Shown: positions 1 through 12,314, numbered from the stretch's first letter. The stretch: 64,000 nt of DNA from Amphiscolops sp. MND2022 (GCA_964187785.1 OZ076409.1:64110001-64174000), one strand, 5' to 3'. Numbers and translations: made by a program. The notes: generated from the letters alone by a model not told the origin.

Positions 1-1001
1 GTTTTCGGAATTCCTGATCTTTTTGTTGGAATGAAATTAGAAGATTGGAAGAAGAAAAAGTTTTTTGGAAAGCAAATTTTTGCGCCTTTCGGCTAGCCGC
101 CAATTTTCATGGACAGCAGAATTTTTGACAAGCAATCAGTGGTCAAGAAATCGCCTCTGGCTTATGCATGAGCAGTTTGCTTTTAGTTCAGTTATCTCAG
201 CCAGGAAACAGCTGAGCCAGCATGTGACTTATCGAAGGGTCGCATAACGAAATTATTTTACATCTTGATTTTTTGGCAATTGATTTCATTCGAAATCTGT
301 GAAATTTCAGAAGGACAAATGTAAACTCGATTTTTGACTTTCATTTTCGAAAAATATCTGATGAAAAGTAGCAAAAACTATCACCTTGTGACAATTTTAT
401 AGCGTTTTTCGAATGCCTTTCATACACCTTTCAAACAGCCTATTGAGCTCTTCGTACGTTGAAGTTTCCAAGTGGCCCCGTTTCACAGATGGAGAGCATG
501 TGACCTCAGGTTTGAATAACGAAATCGTTTTTCGGTATTTTCTTCTGATTTGCTTGTTAGTGGTCTCATTTAGAAGTAAACCATCGTTAAAATGATTTAA
601 CTAAAGCCGTTGTTTGCCATTGTGTTCAGTTTTTGCGAACTAGACGGAAAATTTACGATGCACCTCTATTCGAAATCTATTTCCAGAAAACTCAACACAA
701 GAAAATTCAAATAAATTCATGAAATCTGAATGGACCCCTGATTGTAAAAATGATTTGAACTGAAAATAAATTAGCTCGAAACCCGAGTTATTTTGGAGGT
801 AATCAAAAAATGCTCGATCAAATATCATTTAATTTGTGAAACCACTTCAGAATCAGTTTTACAAACAATTTCGTAGCTTTGTAATATCACTTTCAACAGC
901 TCGTATTTACTACTGAATTCTGACCTAGGAGCAAATTTATGCGAATTCTTATTACACATCTCACACACCCGGTTTTGGAATTTTGTATTATTGACAAACT
1001 A

Positions 1002-1759
1002 CAGTAGCGTTCTAAAATATCGCAACCTCATAGCATAAAATGGCAAAATTCAAAACCAAATATACCATAAACTGTCACGAATACAAAATTTTGCCAGCTA
1101 GGAAAGTTTCTTAGAATTTTATCTAGTTTACAAAAATGTTTGTTTGAAATTTCTACGACCGTTACCAAAAAAGTTAGAAATTGCAAATTTTAGTAAATTT
1201 TAATTGAAATTTGAGTTTTTTCGAAAATTGAGTTACTTAGAATAATTTTTTTTTGAATTTTTTTTCATTGGGAAAGTTTCTATAATCTCCCGAACCTACT
1301 GAATTGTTTTGATCGAGATTTTTTTCGAATCAGAAAAAATACACTATATTCTGTGTCTATGAGCACTGAAGTACATGTATTAAAATAGGCTATAAGAATT
1401 GTATTTAGAAAATTGATGATTTTTATTTGAAATCGAAAAAGGTTTCCGATCAAATTATATCAGCATCCTCAGGAGATTTGGGGTAAATAATTGACTGAAA
1501 ATTTTTCAAAAATATATTTTCAACTTTGTGAAAATCCAGAAAAAGTACAAATTTGATTAAATTTTGTCAAAATTTCCAATTTCTAGCTTTTGTAATTTTT
1601 GTCGCAGAAATTTCAAACAAACATTTTTGTAAACTAGATAAAACTCTTAAGAAACTTTCCTAGCTGATACTTTTTCGTATTTGTGACAGTTTTCAAGAAA
1701 TTTGGATTTGAAATTTGCAACTTTAAGCATTGGAGTTGCGATATTTTAGAACGCTACTG
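1002..1759. mobile_element. Tc1/mariner-type non-autonomous MITE with long imperfect TIRs
   Basis: Starts CAGTAGCGTTCTAAAATATCGCAAC and ends with its exact reverse complement; TA at 1000-1001 and 1760-1761; inverted similarity extends about 150-200 bp inward; no ORF. Confidence 0.88.
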
Positions 1760-1792
1760 TACTCACTACTCAATCTACTGATGACGATATAA

Positions 1793-2409
1793 CAGTACTG
1801 TGATTGAGAAAACGTCCTCATGGCGATTTTATGCTCGATTTTCTCCAAATCGGTTGAGAATTTTTAGCAACATCAGAAATAAAAGTTTCTTAGAATTTCA
1901 TCTAGTTTATATTAGTGTTTCTTCTATTTTTCTGGGACAGAAATTGAGAAATAGCTGATTTTAAGCAAAATTGGGACTGTTGTTTTTCCAATTTTTGACC
2001 GTTTCATCCGCAGCGTTTTGGCAAGTTTTATGTTCAATTAACTGCCACAAATCTACTGAATCCTTGAACGTATTTTGATTTCAAAATAATCAACGGTTTC
2101 CGAAATATCATCCTGGAAAGGTAAAATTTTGTTGATTCACATGTAGTAAGATAGGAAATTAACGTTTCGCGGTGAAAAAATGCGATTAATTTCTCATTTG
2201 GAATGTTTTTGAAACAAAAAATATATCATTGAATTATACACAATCTGCCGAATCAAAAACCTGCCCAAAACTGGGAAAATAACAAAAGTGTCCTTTCTAC
2301 GCCCGAGATTTCACTTGATGCACTAATCACAATGGGAGCAAATAAGCTTTTCCAATTGGTTCATAACAACGCTCAGCGCATAGGCGACGTTCTCTTAATC
2401 ACAGTACTG
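1793..2409. mobile_element. Older Tc1/mariner-type MITE
   Basis: Imperfect TIR CAGTACTGTGATT(G/A)AGA(A/G)AACGTC at both ends; flanks AA/TG (degenerate TA); shares internal motif AAAGTTTCTTAGAATTT-ATCTAGTTTA with the 1002-1759 element. Confidence 0.65.
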
Positions 2410-2604
2410 TGTTTAATTTACCGAAAATCCCAAAAATCTGTCTTTTATGGGTTTCTCATTACTGAATTGTATGCCCTATCTTAATACATTGCATTCAAGT
2501 TTCTTCCCCTGAAATGTCAAGGTTTCTTTTCAAAACATTGCATTGAAACTCATCCAAGTGGACGTTTTTGTTGGAAAATCGTCTGAATGATTGAAAATGA
2601 TTTT

Positions 2605-3104
2605 TTAGTCGGCGTCTTCTCATTTAAAGGAGAAAAGCCTGACTATTACAGTGACTAGTTTTTTTTTCGTCAGACAACATAATGTATGCGTAGTGGACAC
2701 TTTACAGATCTACTAAACTACTGGACCGGCAACCGAAAACGCATCTAAGTTAGTGCAAAGGGTCCCTCCTTTCATTTACTCTATTTTTGACGTAAGATAC
2801 AAAACCGGCCGAGACTACAGGTCCCCCCTTTGATTTTTTTCGGTACCGTGCGACTTTTTTTTGAAGTTTCTTGGTCTCCGAAGGGTCCCCCTTCAAGTTT
2901 TTTGATATTTTGCAGCAAGCTTAAGTTTCTAAATGCCCAAAGGGTCTCCCTTTTTACGTTTGTCAGCACTATGAGACTGTTTCAAAATTCTCATTTTCGT
3001 TTTTTTTTTCGAAAATTTTTCAATGTCTCCGAAGGGTCACTCTTTTACAATTTTAAAAACTTTGCGCTTTTTGAGCCTTAGATATAGCGTCGACTCGTCT
3101 TGTT
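2605..3104 (+). mobile_element. Helentron/DINE-like non-autonomous element, family A (subTIR AGTCGGCG)
   Basis: 5' T-run + AGTCGGCG with a partial inverted copy; internal AAGGGTCCCCC/GGCACTATGAGACT repeats; 3' GAGCCTTAGATATAGCG-CGACT...CGTCTTGTT. Confidence 0.65.
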
Positions 3105-3417
3105 TTCAACTCTCAAGGCTTTTGAAATTTGAACTAAATTAAGTTAGAAACGAAATCAGTAGTGAAATGCATGTGCGTTTTTAAGTAGTTAGTCGGCGTT
3201 TTCCAAGAAAATGCACGACTCTTAGAATGGCTCGTTTTTTTTTCGTCAGTTCAACGCGATCGGTCCACTTTTTTGTTCATTTGTTCAACATCATCAACTT
3301 GAACTACGGACGTCCAAAACATACTCGAAACGCCAGAACCTCGTCCAAAACAAAAACATCGACGTCCAGAACCTCGAAAACATAGGACCCCCTTTGGTGT
3401 TTTTCACTCGCAGTTTT

Positions 3418-3852
3418 TTAGTCGGCGCTTTTCTAGAGAAAAGAGTCGACTATAGTCATGGCTTTTCGTCAGTGTTTTTTTACGACCTGAACTGACCAAA
3501 ATAGTTCTACCAAATGTTCTACAAAATTTCAAATTTCACCTGTTGGCCCAGGGAACAGAACCAAAAAGTTTCCCGCATAACATACAATGCCGGACGAGAC
3601 CAAAGGGTCCCCCCTTTCAGTTTTTTCCGGCATTGCGAGACTTTTTTTCGGAAAAAAATTTCCCCAAAGGTTTTGCGACAGATTGGGTATAGAAAAATCC
3701 CAAAGTCCCCCCTTTCAATTTTTTTCGGCGTTGTGAGACTTTTTTCAAAAAAAATTTTAGTGCTGTAGAAGAGAATACTTTGAGACTTTGATGTCCTTTT
3801 GCTATTTTCGAGCCTTGGATATGGCGCCGACTTGGGCCGTTCCCGGGTTGTT
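3418..3852 (+). mobile_element. Helentron/DINE-like family A copy
   Basis: TTTTAGTCGGCGCTTTTCTAGAGAAAAGAGTCGACT 5' hairpin; 3' CGCCGACTTGGGCCGTTCCCGGGTTGTT. Confidence 0.7.
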
Positions 3853-4399
3853 TGGCACTATGCGACTTTTTTTGGATTCCACCAAAGGGTCTCCCCTTTG
3901 TTTGTTTCGATATTTTGCAACACAATGGATGTCAAAAAATTTCAAAGGGTCCCCCCTTTTACATTTTTCGGCACTGTGACACTGTTCAAAAATCTGAAAT
4001 AGGGGCCTTTTTACGGGTTTTAGCTCGTCCCAAACGTGAATTTCTGCTGTTTTGGACAATAATATCAAAAAATTATGGTAATTTTTATGCCTGAAGTGTC
4101 CAAACAGTTGTAGAGACAATCCTCTAAGTATTTACACTCATATAATATTCTCTTATTAGTGAAATATTTTTATTCAAGAACAAAATGTGCTTTCGTGTTG
4201 GGGGTGGGTGCGTTCCCAACAAGGTGTTCCTGGGGGATAGATGACATGGTCCAAATTTTCTGAAAGGTCGAATGTTGCAAATTTAGTGAAAGCAGGATTT
4301 TTACACTTGCGATAAGCAAGTGTTATGGGAGAGTTCGAGTTTTTTTTTCCGCGCGACAACTCTCATTTCAGACCGCAAGTCGCATAATTCAGACTTTTT

Positions 4400-4462
4400 T
4401 GGTCTAGCGGTAAGATGCTTGCTTTTCAACCCATAGGGTCCGGGTTCGAACCCGCGCCTATG
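4400..4462 (+). pseudogene. tRNA-Glu(TTC)-derived pseudogene / Pol III head inside a repeat
   Basis: TGGTCTAGCGG (A box), TTTTCA anticodon-loop remnant, CCGGGTTCGAACCC (B box); colinear with eukaryotic tRNA-Glu(TTC), but acceptor and anticodon stems do not pair. Confidence 0.6.
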
Positions 4463-4469
4463 CGCTAAT

Positions 4470-5201
4470 TTTTTTACAAGTTTTTCGAAGCAGAAGATTC
4501 TCTTTTCTTCGACAATATGAGACTCGCCCCTCCCCCCCTTTTCGGCTTTTTGAGACTTATTTTCGAAAATTTTTTAATGTCCCCAAAGGGTCCTCCCTTC
4601 ATTTTTTTGATATTTTGCAACAGAACGAACGTTAAAAAATTCCAAAGGATCTCTTCTTTCAGATTTTTCGGCACTATGAGACTGCTAAAAATTCGCATTT
4701 TTTTCGAAAATTTTTCGATAAAAACACATTCGGTGTTTTTATATGCGACTTTTTCAATTTTTTTTTCATCGAAGTCCCCCTTCAATTTTTACCAAAAATG
4801 AAACGTTTTGCGACTGTTAAAGACTCGTCAAGGTTTTCGGCGCTATGCGACTTCAAAAAAATTGCCGGTGACCTTCAAAAAGTTTTTTCGAAAATATTTT
4901 GGAAAAATTTCGAAAATTTTTGAAAAAATTTCGAAAATTTTTGAAAAAATTTCGAAAAAATTTTTCCCTTAATTTTCTTTTTTTAAAGGTTTTCTGTTGA
5001 GGAAGATGGGTTTTTTGCTGTTTTCAGTTGGGGAAGAATGGTTTTCGAGACTTATGCCCATCCCTTCGGGTATTTTTTGGCGCTGTTAAATCGATGAAAT
5101 TTTAACATAGTCCTTTTACCCTTGGTTCTACGTATGATATTGCTTATTTGGTTTTCAAAAGTTTGCAAGTGTTTGCGAAGCACGGCTTCGCCTCTGTGTT
5201 A
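4470..5201 (+). mobile_element. Repeat element with family-A internal units, a 21-bp minisatellite and a 3' hairpin
   Basis: AAGGGTCC / GGCACTATGAGACT units; about 3 copies of GAAAAAATTTCGAAAATTTTT at about 4900-4960; terminal hairpin GCGAAGC-ACG-GCTTCGC at about 5175-5191. Confidence 0.5.
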
Positions 5202-5920
5202 AATCAAGTTTTTCGCTAATGCCCAACTTGCCTATTCAAAAACTCGGAGTTTTTAAAAATGGCTAGGAACTCGGATATTCAAAGGAAATTTCGAAATGAA
5301 TGATGGTTTTAATTTCCGGACATTTTATGATCCGTAATAAGAACGACTAGTCGATCAGATAATTGCGTGCGGCAGATAATTCTTCGGAGGGTTAGCTGGC
5401 CGTGCCGAGAGCGCTTTTAAAACACACTAAATCGAATACTTATGATACTTAGTGGTGTGACCTTCTAAAGTGGTTGTGAAAATTTGCTCAACGCTTTTTG
5501 ATCATTTATTTTGTTCACTTAGCGCACCAGAATCCGGTGAGACATATATTAGTGATCGAAAGGAAATTTGACCTGACAAATTAATTGCTTTTCGAGACGG
5601 CTATGGTGGAGCACGAGATCAAAAGGTTTTTGTCACCTTTTCTTAATTGAAAAAGTTCATTCTTTTATTAATGTGATGAAGTTTGTTGGTCAAGGTAGAG
5701 ATTCCCTCCAGGAAACCTACTGGAGTTGAAGTTTTTTTTTCGGAAAGCTCTCTTGAGCGTCTCTTGTGCAAACTGGTGAAGAGTCTTAGGTCTCCACTTA
5801 ACCTGTTTACCTTTCTCTTTTGTATAGAATTTTGACGGCCCTAAATAAGAGTTCGCGGCCGCGCATGAATTTTTCAATGATTCTCAAATTAGCGGCAACT
5901 AATAGAATACCTAAAATCAA

Positions 5921-6712
5921 AAAGTTTCTCAGAGTATTCACGCGGTTTCAAAATCAATTTCGAAAAATTATAACTCTTTTATAAAACCCACTCAGTATGA
6001 AGAATTCCAGCCTTTTTTCTTGCAAAAATTTAATTAAATATCATTAAATACATACTTGGAATCAAACATTCAATAGCTTGAAGAGTTTTTTCAGCGAAAT
6101 AGTGAAATTAAAATTAGCGGTTTAGCTATTAGCAAAAAAAATTAGCAATGTAAAAACCCTGCTTTTGTTGTCCAAACCCATCTTAAGCGGTCTGCTAGTA
6201 ATTTCACTGAGTTTTTTAGGTCTTCGGAAAAATTTTAATCTTTCTTGTTAGGACTTCGGAAAAATTTAATGAAATCTCAACTTGAAACCTTTTTTAAATT
6301 TTTTTCCGGTACGTGAAAGTTTCATTCATTCCGAAAAAATAAGTTACCAAATTTTTCCATTTTACGTAATGTAATCAACTAACCAGCGGAGATATTGCTT
6401 CTTGGATGCAGAAAAAGACTCGGTCCCATTATGCATTTGGCAATGGGAATATGAAACTGTATTTGCCTGGCGGTATTGGTAGATACGATATTCAGAGTAG
6501 TTTGTTTGACACATATCCTGGAGATTGCTGAGATTTTGTACTATTTTCGAAAGAGACTTGATCAAAAGTAAGAAAAAAAGCACTACTCGACGAAATCTAA
6601 GATAGTTTTGTTTTCAGATATGGTACCAAGGTACCATGCTTATAAACATTTAACCTAATAAATAGTTTCCGAAAGCTCCGTCACGCAACAACCATTTGCA
6701 TATTAGTTAATT
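5921..6712 (+). repeat. Direct duplication copy 1 (about 790 bp; partner 11127-11896)
   Basis: Colinear with 11127-11896 from AAAG-TT-CTCAGAGTATTCAC to AAATAGTTTCCGAAAGCTCCGTCA, with scattered substitutions and small indels. Confidence 0.9.
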
Positions 6713-6714
6713 TT

Positions 6715-7210
6715 GTTTTTTGAATGAATTGTTTTTGTTGCCCAAGGGCGTACAAACAGCAACTCAGAGATTGATATCAAGATCAGCACTAAAGCACCGA
6801 GTAATTATCAAATGCAAAAATTTAGCAAGATTTTCCAATAAAATTTTATCAGTTACATTCATCAGCTGGTCGTACCTGATATCGTTAGGGTAATTATAGA
6901 AGTATTCAGGTAAAAGTTCTTTACGCTTATTGTCGAAGCTCTCGCATTTCAAAGCCAGATGATACTCATCCGGTTTACATCGAGTCTCGCAAAGGGGGCA
7001 GGACTCGACTGGACAAATTAGGAATTTTGATTTTACAGTTGGTAGAGTAGTTGCAGCACACCTAAAATTTACTAGTTTTACTCTATCTGATCTTAATAAA
7101 GTTTCCAAATAGGGTTCAAATACAAGTCGGTGTATATATAGACTGTAATTATCGCATAGGGAGTTGCTTTGAAGCATAATCTGCCAAGACTGAAAAGCTA
7201 GACCGTGATA
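6715..7210 (-). mobile_element. LINE ORF2 3' remnant (C-terminal CCHC zinc-finger region)
   Basis: ORF 6764-7177 has KLVNFRC...LP and CPLC...DEYHLALKC...R, typical of the C-terminus of non-LTR ORF2; followed by an A-rich tail on minus. Confidence 0.75.
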
Positions 7211-7377
7211 TTGTTTTTATGAACTTATCAAACTTATAATTGGATACTAGACCGACATTCTTCCGTCAACGGGATCCTACAATTTATCAGAATTTGTTAA
7301 ATTCCTAAAGGTTATTGTTTGACTTCATTTCTATAATTTAGCCAAAAAAACGCATGACAGCTTAACGGGTGACTTAA

Positions 7378-7724
7378 TTTTTTCCGCCCACGTCAATGGG
7401 GGAGGAAAATCAGATCTGTGTTGGGTTTTGTTTTCCAAATTCTGCCAAATCTCCATTTTTTAAGTGCTGCCTTTACTTATTCACGTTTACGTATTCCCAA
7501 TTTTCCCAGCACGCTCTATGTGAACTTTTGACGTTATTTCCGAAGTAAATTGCGTTTCACTAAGGAGTAAGCGGAGGTTCAAAAATATTGCGCTATATCC
7601 GAAATTTGACGTTATATTCGAAGTAAAATGACTTTTACCAAGGCGGAGGTAACTTTTCGAATAAGTGTCTACTGCAAGCCAATTGCAGGCCGAAAATATC
7701 GCAGTGCATAGCGGACGACTTGTT
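7378..7724 (+). mobile_element. Helentron/DINE-like family B copy (subTIR TTTTCCGCCC)
   Basis: TTTTCCGCCC...GGGGGAGGAAAA 5' hairpin; TATCCGAA..GACGTTATA tandem units; 3' GGCCGAAAATATCGCAGTGCATAGCGGACGACTTGTT. Confidence 0.65.
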
Positions 7725-7829
7725 CGGACATACTTTGCAACTACTGCGGAATAAAACTTTCGAATTATTTTGTATTACAACATTTTTTTTGAGAAATGTT
7801 GTAATACAAAGAAGAAAGGTCGGATGAAT

Positions 7830-8330
7830 AGTTATGCCAATCCTAGGCAATTTGACAATAGGAACTAAGGTGGCAGACGGGTACATAAAGTCGTTCATTA
7901 TGTAGATGACGAAGCTTCAGACGAAAACTCAAAGGTCTTAAATGTAGAAGGCAGCTGATTGGGCAGCATAAAGCCGTACTACCTGGAAAGGTTCATCAAT
8001 GGGTTCAAATTCAAAATCATGATAGATATAGGCTCGCCGATTACAATTGGTGGAATTGTGACAAAATCAAGACAAACATGCGACAAAAAATGCAAAACAG
8101 AACGATGATTGAAAGAGAAAGATTTGTCGATTCAATGGGAAACTGTTCCGTCTTTTGGCTATGTTTCTTGCGACCTACAAGAGGGAGATGATTTGGTCAG
8201 GAAAGCATGTATTCTTGTTGCGAAAAAAGTGTTGAAGACAATTATCGGCAGAGAAGTGTTAACGACATTGAATTTCACGCGAACCAATAAATCATGGATT
8301 AATCATGAATGCAAAGCCATGACCTGTGAA
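7830..8330 (+). mobile_element. Decayed Ty3/Gypsy gag-protease fragment
   Basis: Frame near 7980-8050 reads YLERFINGFKFKIMIDIGSPIT (aspartic protease D-[ST]-G context, compare FIIDSGSPVT in the intact element); downstream KTIIGREVLTTL resembles the protease end. Confidence 0.65.
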
Positions 8331-8794
8331 TCTGAGGTCTTTCTACATCAAAATTGACATGAAACACCAGAAGTAATAGACGAACTCCGTAGCAGAGTTG
8401 TAAATTGTTAATACATAATATTGTCACGATCATCGAAGTACGTGCTGAGACGAATAGTGTGAGAAAGTTTGTGATACGTTCACAAGCAACACGCTGATTC
8501 AAATTTCTTTGCCATTCTATCATTAACTGCCAAGTATCCAGGAGTAGTTAATGTGCTTCTGCTTCCCTTATGGGTTTCCCTAGTTCAGGCACGACGCAGT
8601 GAAACCACTTTCAATAGATTGAGACCAGTAAATTGTTGTTCGAGTTGGTAGTGTAGGCTAAACATTCGAAATTATCGTCCGAAGTCGTGAAAACAGTAAA
8701 TGAGCAAGACCCACACATACCAGCATTATTGGTCAGCAGACAGCGTCTGAAAGGGTTTCTACGTTACATCGATGCATTTAAACAGCTGTGATTG

Positions 8795-9355
8795 TTATTT
8801 TCCGCCCCACAATTTTTGTGTAGGGGGAGGATAATTATAATCTGTGTTGATTTTTTTTTCAAATTCTGCCAAGCCTCCACTTTTTACTCCATTTTATATT
8901 TAATATTGAGTTTTACTAAGGAGGCTGCAGAGGTTCGAAATCAAGCGCTCCCATTTGTCCCAGTACGCTATATCCGAACATTTGACGTTATATGAAGTAA
9001 ATTGTGTTTTACTACAGAGGAAACGGACGTTCGAAAATATTGCGCTATATCCGAATTTTTGACGTTATATCCAAACTATGTTGCGTTTCACTGATGAGGC
9101 GGAGGCGGAGGTTCGAAAACGTGCGTCTCCATTTATCCCAGCACGCGATATCCGAACTTTTGACGTTGTATCCGAAGTAAACTGTGTTTTACTAAGGAGG
9201 ACGCGTTGTTTCGAAATTATTGCGCTATATCCGAATTTATACGTTATATCCGAGGTATTTGCGTTTTACAAAGGAACAGGTAAATTTTTGATTGAGCGTT
9301 TATAGTTAGCCGATTGAAGGCGGAAATTATCCCGGTGCATAGCGGGCTTCTTTTT
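8795..9355 (+). mobile_element. Helentron/DINE-like family B copy
   Basis: TTATTTTCCGCCC start; repeated CGCTATATCCGAA-TTTTGACGTTATATCCGAAGTAAA units; 3' GGCGGAAATTATCCCGGTGCATAGCGGG hairpin then T-run. Confidence 0.7.
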
Positions 9356-9779
9356 AAGTTTTTTTCCAGAAATTTATCCTTCGTTTCCATACAGTAAATT
9401 TAATTTAGTAGCCTTGGACGCGCTTTTCCGTATTTGCAGCATCGTCTCAAAAAATTTCTGTGGAAAACTTTGATTTATTCAATGTTCTCGTAACCCCACA
9501 GTAAACAACCGTACAGCAGAATTGGCAGTAGCAGGCTGTCAAAGAAAGAAGCCTTGTTTTCCCTTGTAGATCCACTTTACTCAAAAGAATGTCAATTTTG
9601 AACAGTTATCATTTTAACTTTTTTCGCGTTATCAATTTTATGCTTCATCGCGGCTTGAAAAGTGTTTTTATTTCAAAACAATCCCTAGGTAACAAAAAGT
9701 ATACACTCGCTCGATTATTTGGTCGTGAGCATGACGCTTCCGGATTCTGCCCGCGAGAAGGTCCTTTACTTATTTACTT

Positions 9780-11126
9780 AGTTTTACATGTATTTATACA
9801 CATGTTGCTTACCTCACAATTGCTTAATGTTACATTAATAGCGTTTTGCATATCCTCAGCAGATTCACTAAAAAGTAGGGTCTCATCAGCATACAAAAGC
9901 ATAGAGCGCTTCAAAAAACCAGTATATTCATTTGATCATAATTGAGGTTAACAATTTTGAGCTAACATATTCCAGAAAATCGTTCATGAAAAGGATGAAA
10001 AGCAGAGACGAAAAGTTATGACCCTGTCTGACTCCTACGCGACATTCAAATACATCTGTTAGGGATCCGTTAACCTTAAGTTGGCCAGGAAAAATCTTGT
10101 TGCATCCAAAAATCAGGTGCTTCAACTTTAAACCGCAATATCTCCTGAACTATACAAGTCCGACAAACGATTTATACAGCGTTCGAAAGAGGAGCATTGG
10201 GGCTTTCAAATCAATTTTTAAACTGCTGGCCTTGGGGCCCGCTAGCGCAGTCCCCTTGTGCGCAAAGTTTTTTGCGCGAAGTTCTCCGCTGGCGTGCGGC
10301 TTCGCCGCACTGGCTCCGAACTTTGCGCCAAAACTTTGCACGCGTCGTGTCTCTGCTTGCTTTTCAGCATGTTTCAAAACATGCTGGGGACGCTTTGACC
10401 CAATGTTGATACCAGTGGGATAAAAGGGGCACAAACGAAAACTGGGAAAACGGAAAATCTGCACTTATTTTTCTTTTGATTTTTCGCGTCATTTTCTGGG
10501 TTTTGGAGACATCACGTCAATTTTCCGTGAAAAGGCGCCGAATGCTATGCAATATTGTCTGAAACTCTTATTAAAGGGTTTGCTTTACCATACAATCAGC
10601 TGGTGCGTTAAGAATTTGCAGAAACAAAATGTGCCAAATTTGGCACATTGGCCAAGTTAAGGTTAACATCGACAGTTTTCCGGTAGAGATTTTCCATGAC
10701 TGATAGGACTTTTCCTTTATTATCACAGTGGCTGAGTTTTTTCCAGTGAAGGGAATGATCAATTCGGTCGAACGTTTTCTCATAGTCGACACAAGACACA
10801 AACAGTCTTTTCTTTTCGGCTAGAAAAGTCGATATTTTAGCATATAGGACAAAGGCGTGATTATAGCAGCTCATATTTTCCCTAAAACAAGCTTACTCCT
10901 GTCCTAGAACTTTTTTGTTATCCAACTCGTTTTCAATTCTTTCAGTGATAAGGGAAGTGAAAAGTTTACACAAACAGCTCGCAAGGGAAATACCCCTATT
11001 ATTATTTGGATGTTTCTTGTCTCCCTTCTCCCAGTCATCCCTTACAACGCCACTTTCTAAAATCTTATAGAAATGTCGTGTTAGCAAAGTAATCACTTTT
11101 TCATGAGCATACTTCAAAAATTCTGT
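9780..11126 (-). mobile_element. LINE reverse-transcriptase remnant, interrupted by a piggyBac-type MITE
   Basis: Frameshifted motifs NNRGISLASCLCKLF, FVSCVDYEKTFDRIDH, GVRQGHNFSSLLFILFMND, LLYADETLL (degenerate YADD). Confidence 0.88.
10074..10662. mobile_element. piggyBac-type MITE
   Basis: TTAA at 10070-10073 and 10663-10666; 14-bp TIR CCTTAA(G/C)TTGGCCA; subterminal palindrome GTGCCAAATTTGGCAC; removal restores LINE RT reading TVDVNGSLTD. Confidence 0.88.
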
Positions 11127-11896
11127 AAAGTTCCTCAGAGTATTCACGGGGTTTCAAAACTCTTTTGTAAATCCACACTGCATGAAGAATTCCGGCTTTT
11201 TTTCTTGCAAAACTTTAAATAATTTTTATTTAATTGCAATATTTACTTGAAATCAAACATTCAATAGCTTGAAGAAATTTTTTCAGCGAAATAGCTAATT
11301 CAAAATTAGCGGTTCAACTATTAGCAAAAAATAGCGATGTAAAACCCTGCTTTTGTTGTCAGAACCATCTTAAGCGGTCTGGTAATAATTCCACTGAGTT
11401 TTTTAGGACTCCGAAAAATTTTTAATTTTTCTTGTTAGGAGTTCGGAAAAGTCTAATTATATTTTAACTTGAAACCTTTTTTAATTTTTTCTGGTACGTG
11501 AAAGTTTCATGCATTTCAAAAAATAAGTTACAAAATTTTTCCATTTTACGTAATGTAATCAATTAATCGGTGGAGATATTGCTTCTTGGATGCAGAAAAA
11601 GACTCTTGGTCCCATAATGCATTTGGCAGTGGGAGTATGAATCTGTACTTGCCTGGCGGTATCGGTAGATACGATATTCAGAGTTAGTTTGTTTGACACA
11701 TATCGTGGAGATTCCTGATATTTTGTAGTATTTTGGAAAGAGACTTGATGATAAGTGACAAAAAGCACTACTCGACGAATTGTAAGATGGTTTTTTTTCA
11801 TATATGGTACCAAGGCACCATGCATATAAACATTTAACATAATAAATAGTTTCCGAAAGCTCCGTCAGGCAACATCCTTTTGCCTAGTAGTGAATT
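11127..11896 (+). repeat. Direct duplication copy 2 (partner 5921-6712)
   Basis: Colinear with copy 1; directly abuts the truncated 5' end of the LINE remnant. Confidence 0.9.
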
Positions 11897-12259
11897 CTTT
11901 TAAGCAATCAATTGTCAAGAAAACAGGTACCTCGGTTGTGTACAAAAGCATTTGCTTCGTTTTTAGTTTAAAACACTGTTAATAGATTTTTATACAAATG
12001 TTAATTAACGGTGTTTAAACATCATAGCGTTTTGTAGATTTACTCCATTGGTAACAGGCATTTCATAATATTGAATTGTTAATTGCGGAACCTCATGAAG
12101 TTTCAAATTTTCCATTTTCTTTCTGATTACAAATTTTCATATTGAATTTTTAAATTCTCTTTTTATTTCCACTTCTTTGATCAGTTTCATGTAAAATATT
12201 AACCTTGATAAGTCGCTGCAATATTGAATAATTTTATCAAGTTTTTGCCTTTGTTTCAG

Positions 12260-12314
12260 AAATGCTGCCTGTGCCCATCACGTGAAGGCACCTTGAAACC
12301 GACCGACACTGGTG
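12260..12314 (+). CDS. MLLT10: AF10/AF17-family protein, zinc-knuckle exon (first exon identified; gene 5'-partial)
   Basis: TTTCAG acceptor, GTAAGC donor (phase 1); encodes KCCLCPSREGTLKPTDTG, matching AF10 RCELCPHKDGALKRTDNG; joins in frame to GWAHVVC. Confidence 0.9.

Noticed and set aside
4400..4462. Functional tRNA gene
   Set aside because: Acceptor and anticodon stems are not complementary; kept only as a tRNA-derived remnant.
8900..9280. CRISPR-like array or hammerhead ribozyme (CTGATGA...GAAA at about 9091)
   Set aside because: Units are degenerate tandem repeats without unique spacers in a eukaryotic context; the CTGATGA core is CTAAGGA in sister units and the stems do not form.
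5921..11896. Direct repeats as LTRs of one retroelement
   Set aside because: No TG..CA termini, PBS or PPT; the interior is LINE-type RT on the opposite strand plus unrelated insertions.
1..12259. N-terminal PHD1 exons of AF10
   Set aside because: No stretch encoding CCVC, NPLVYCD, VHQACY or WFCRKC-like motifs with splice sites was found by eye; they probably lie upstream of the window, though tiny exons could be missed.
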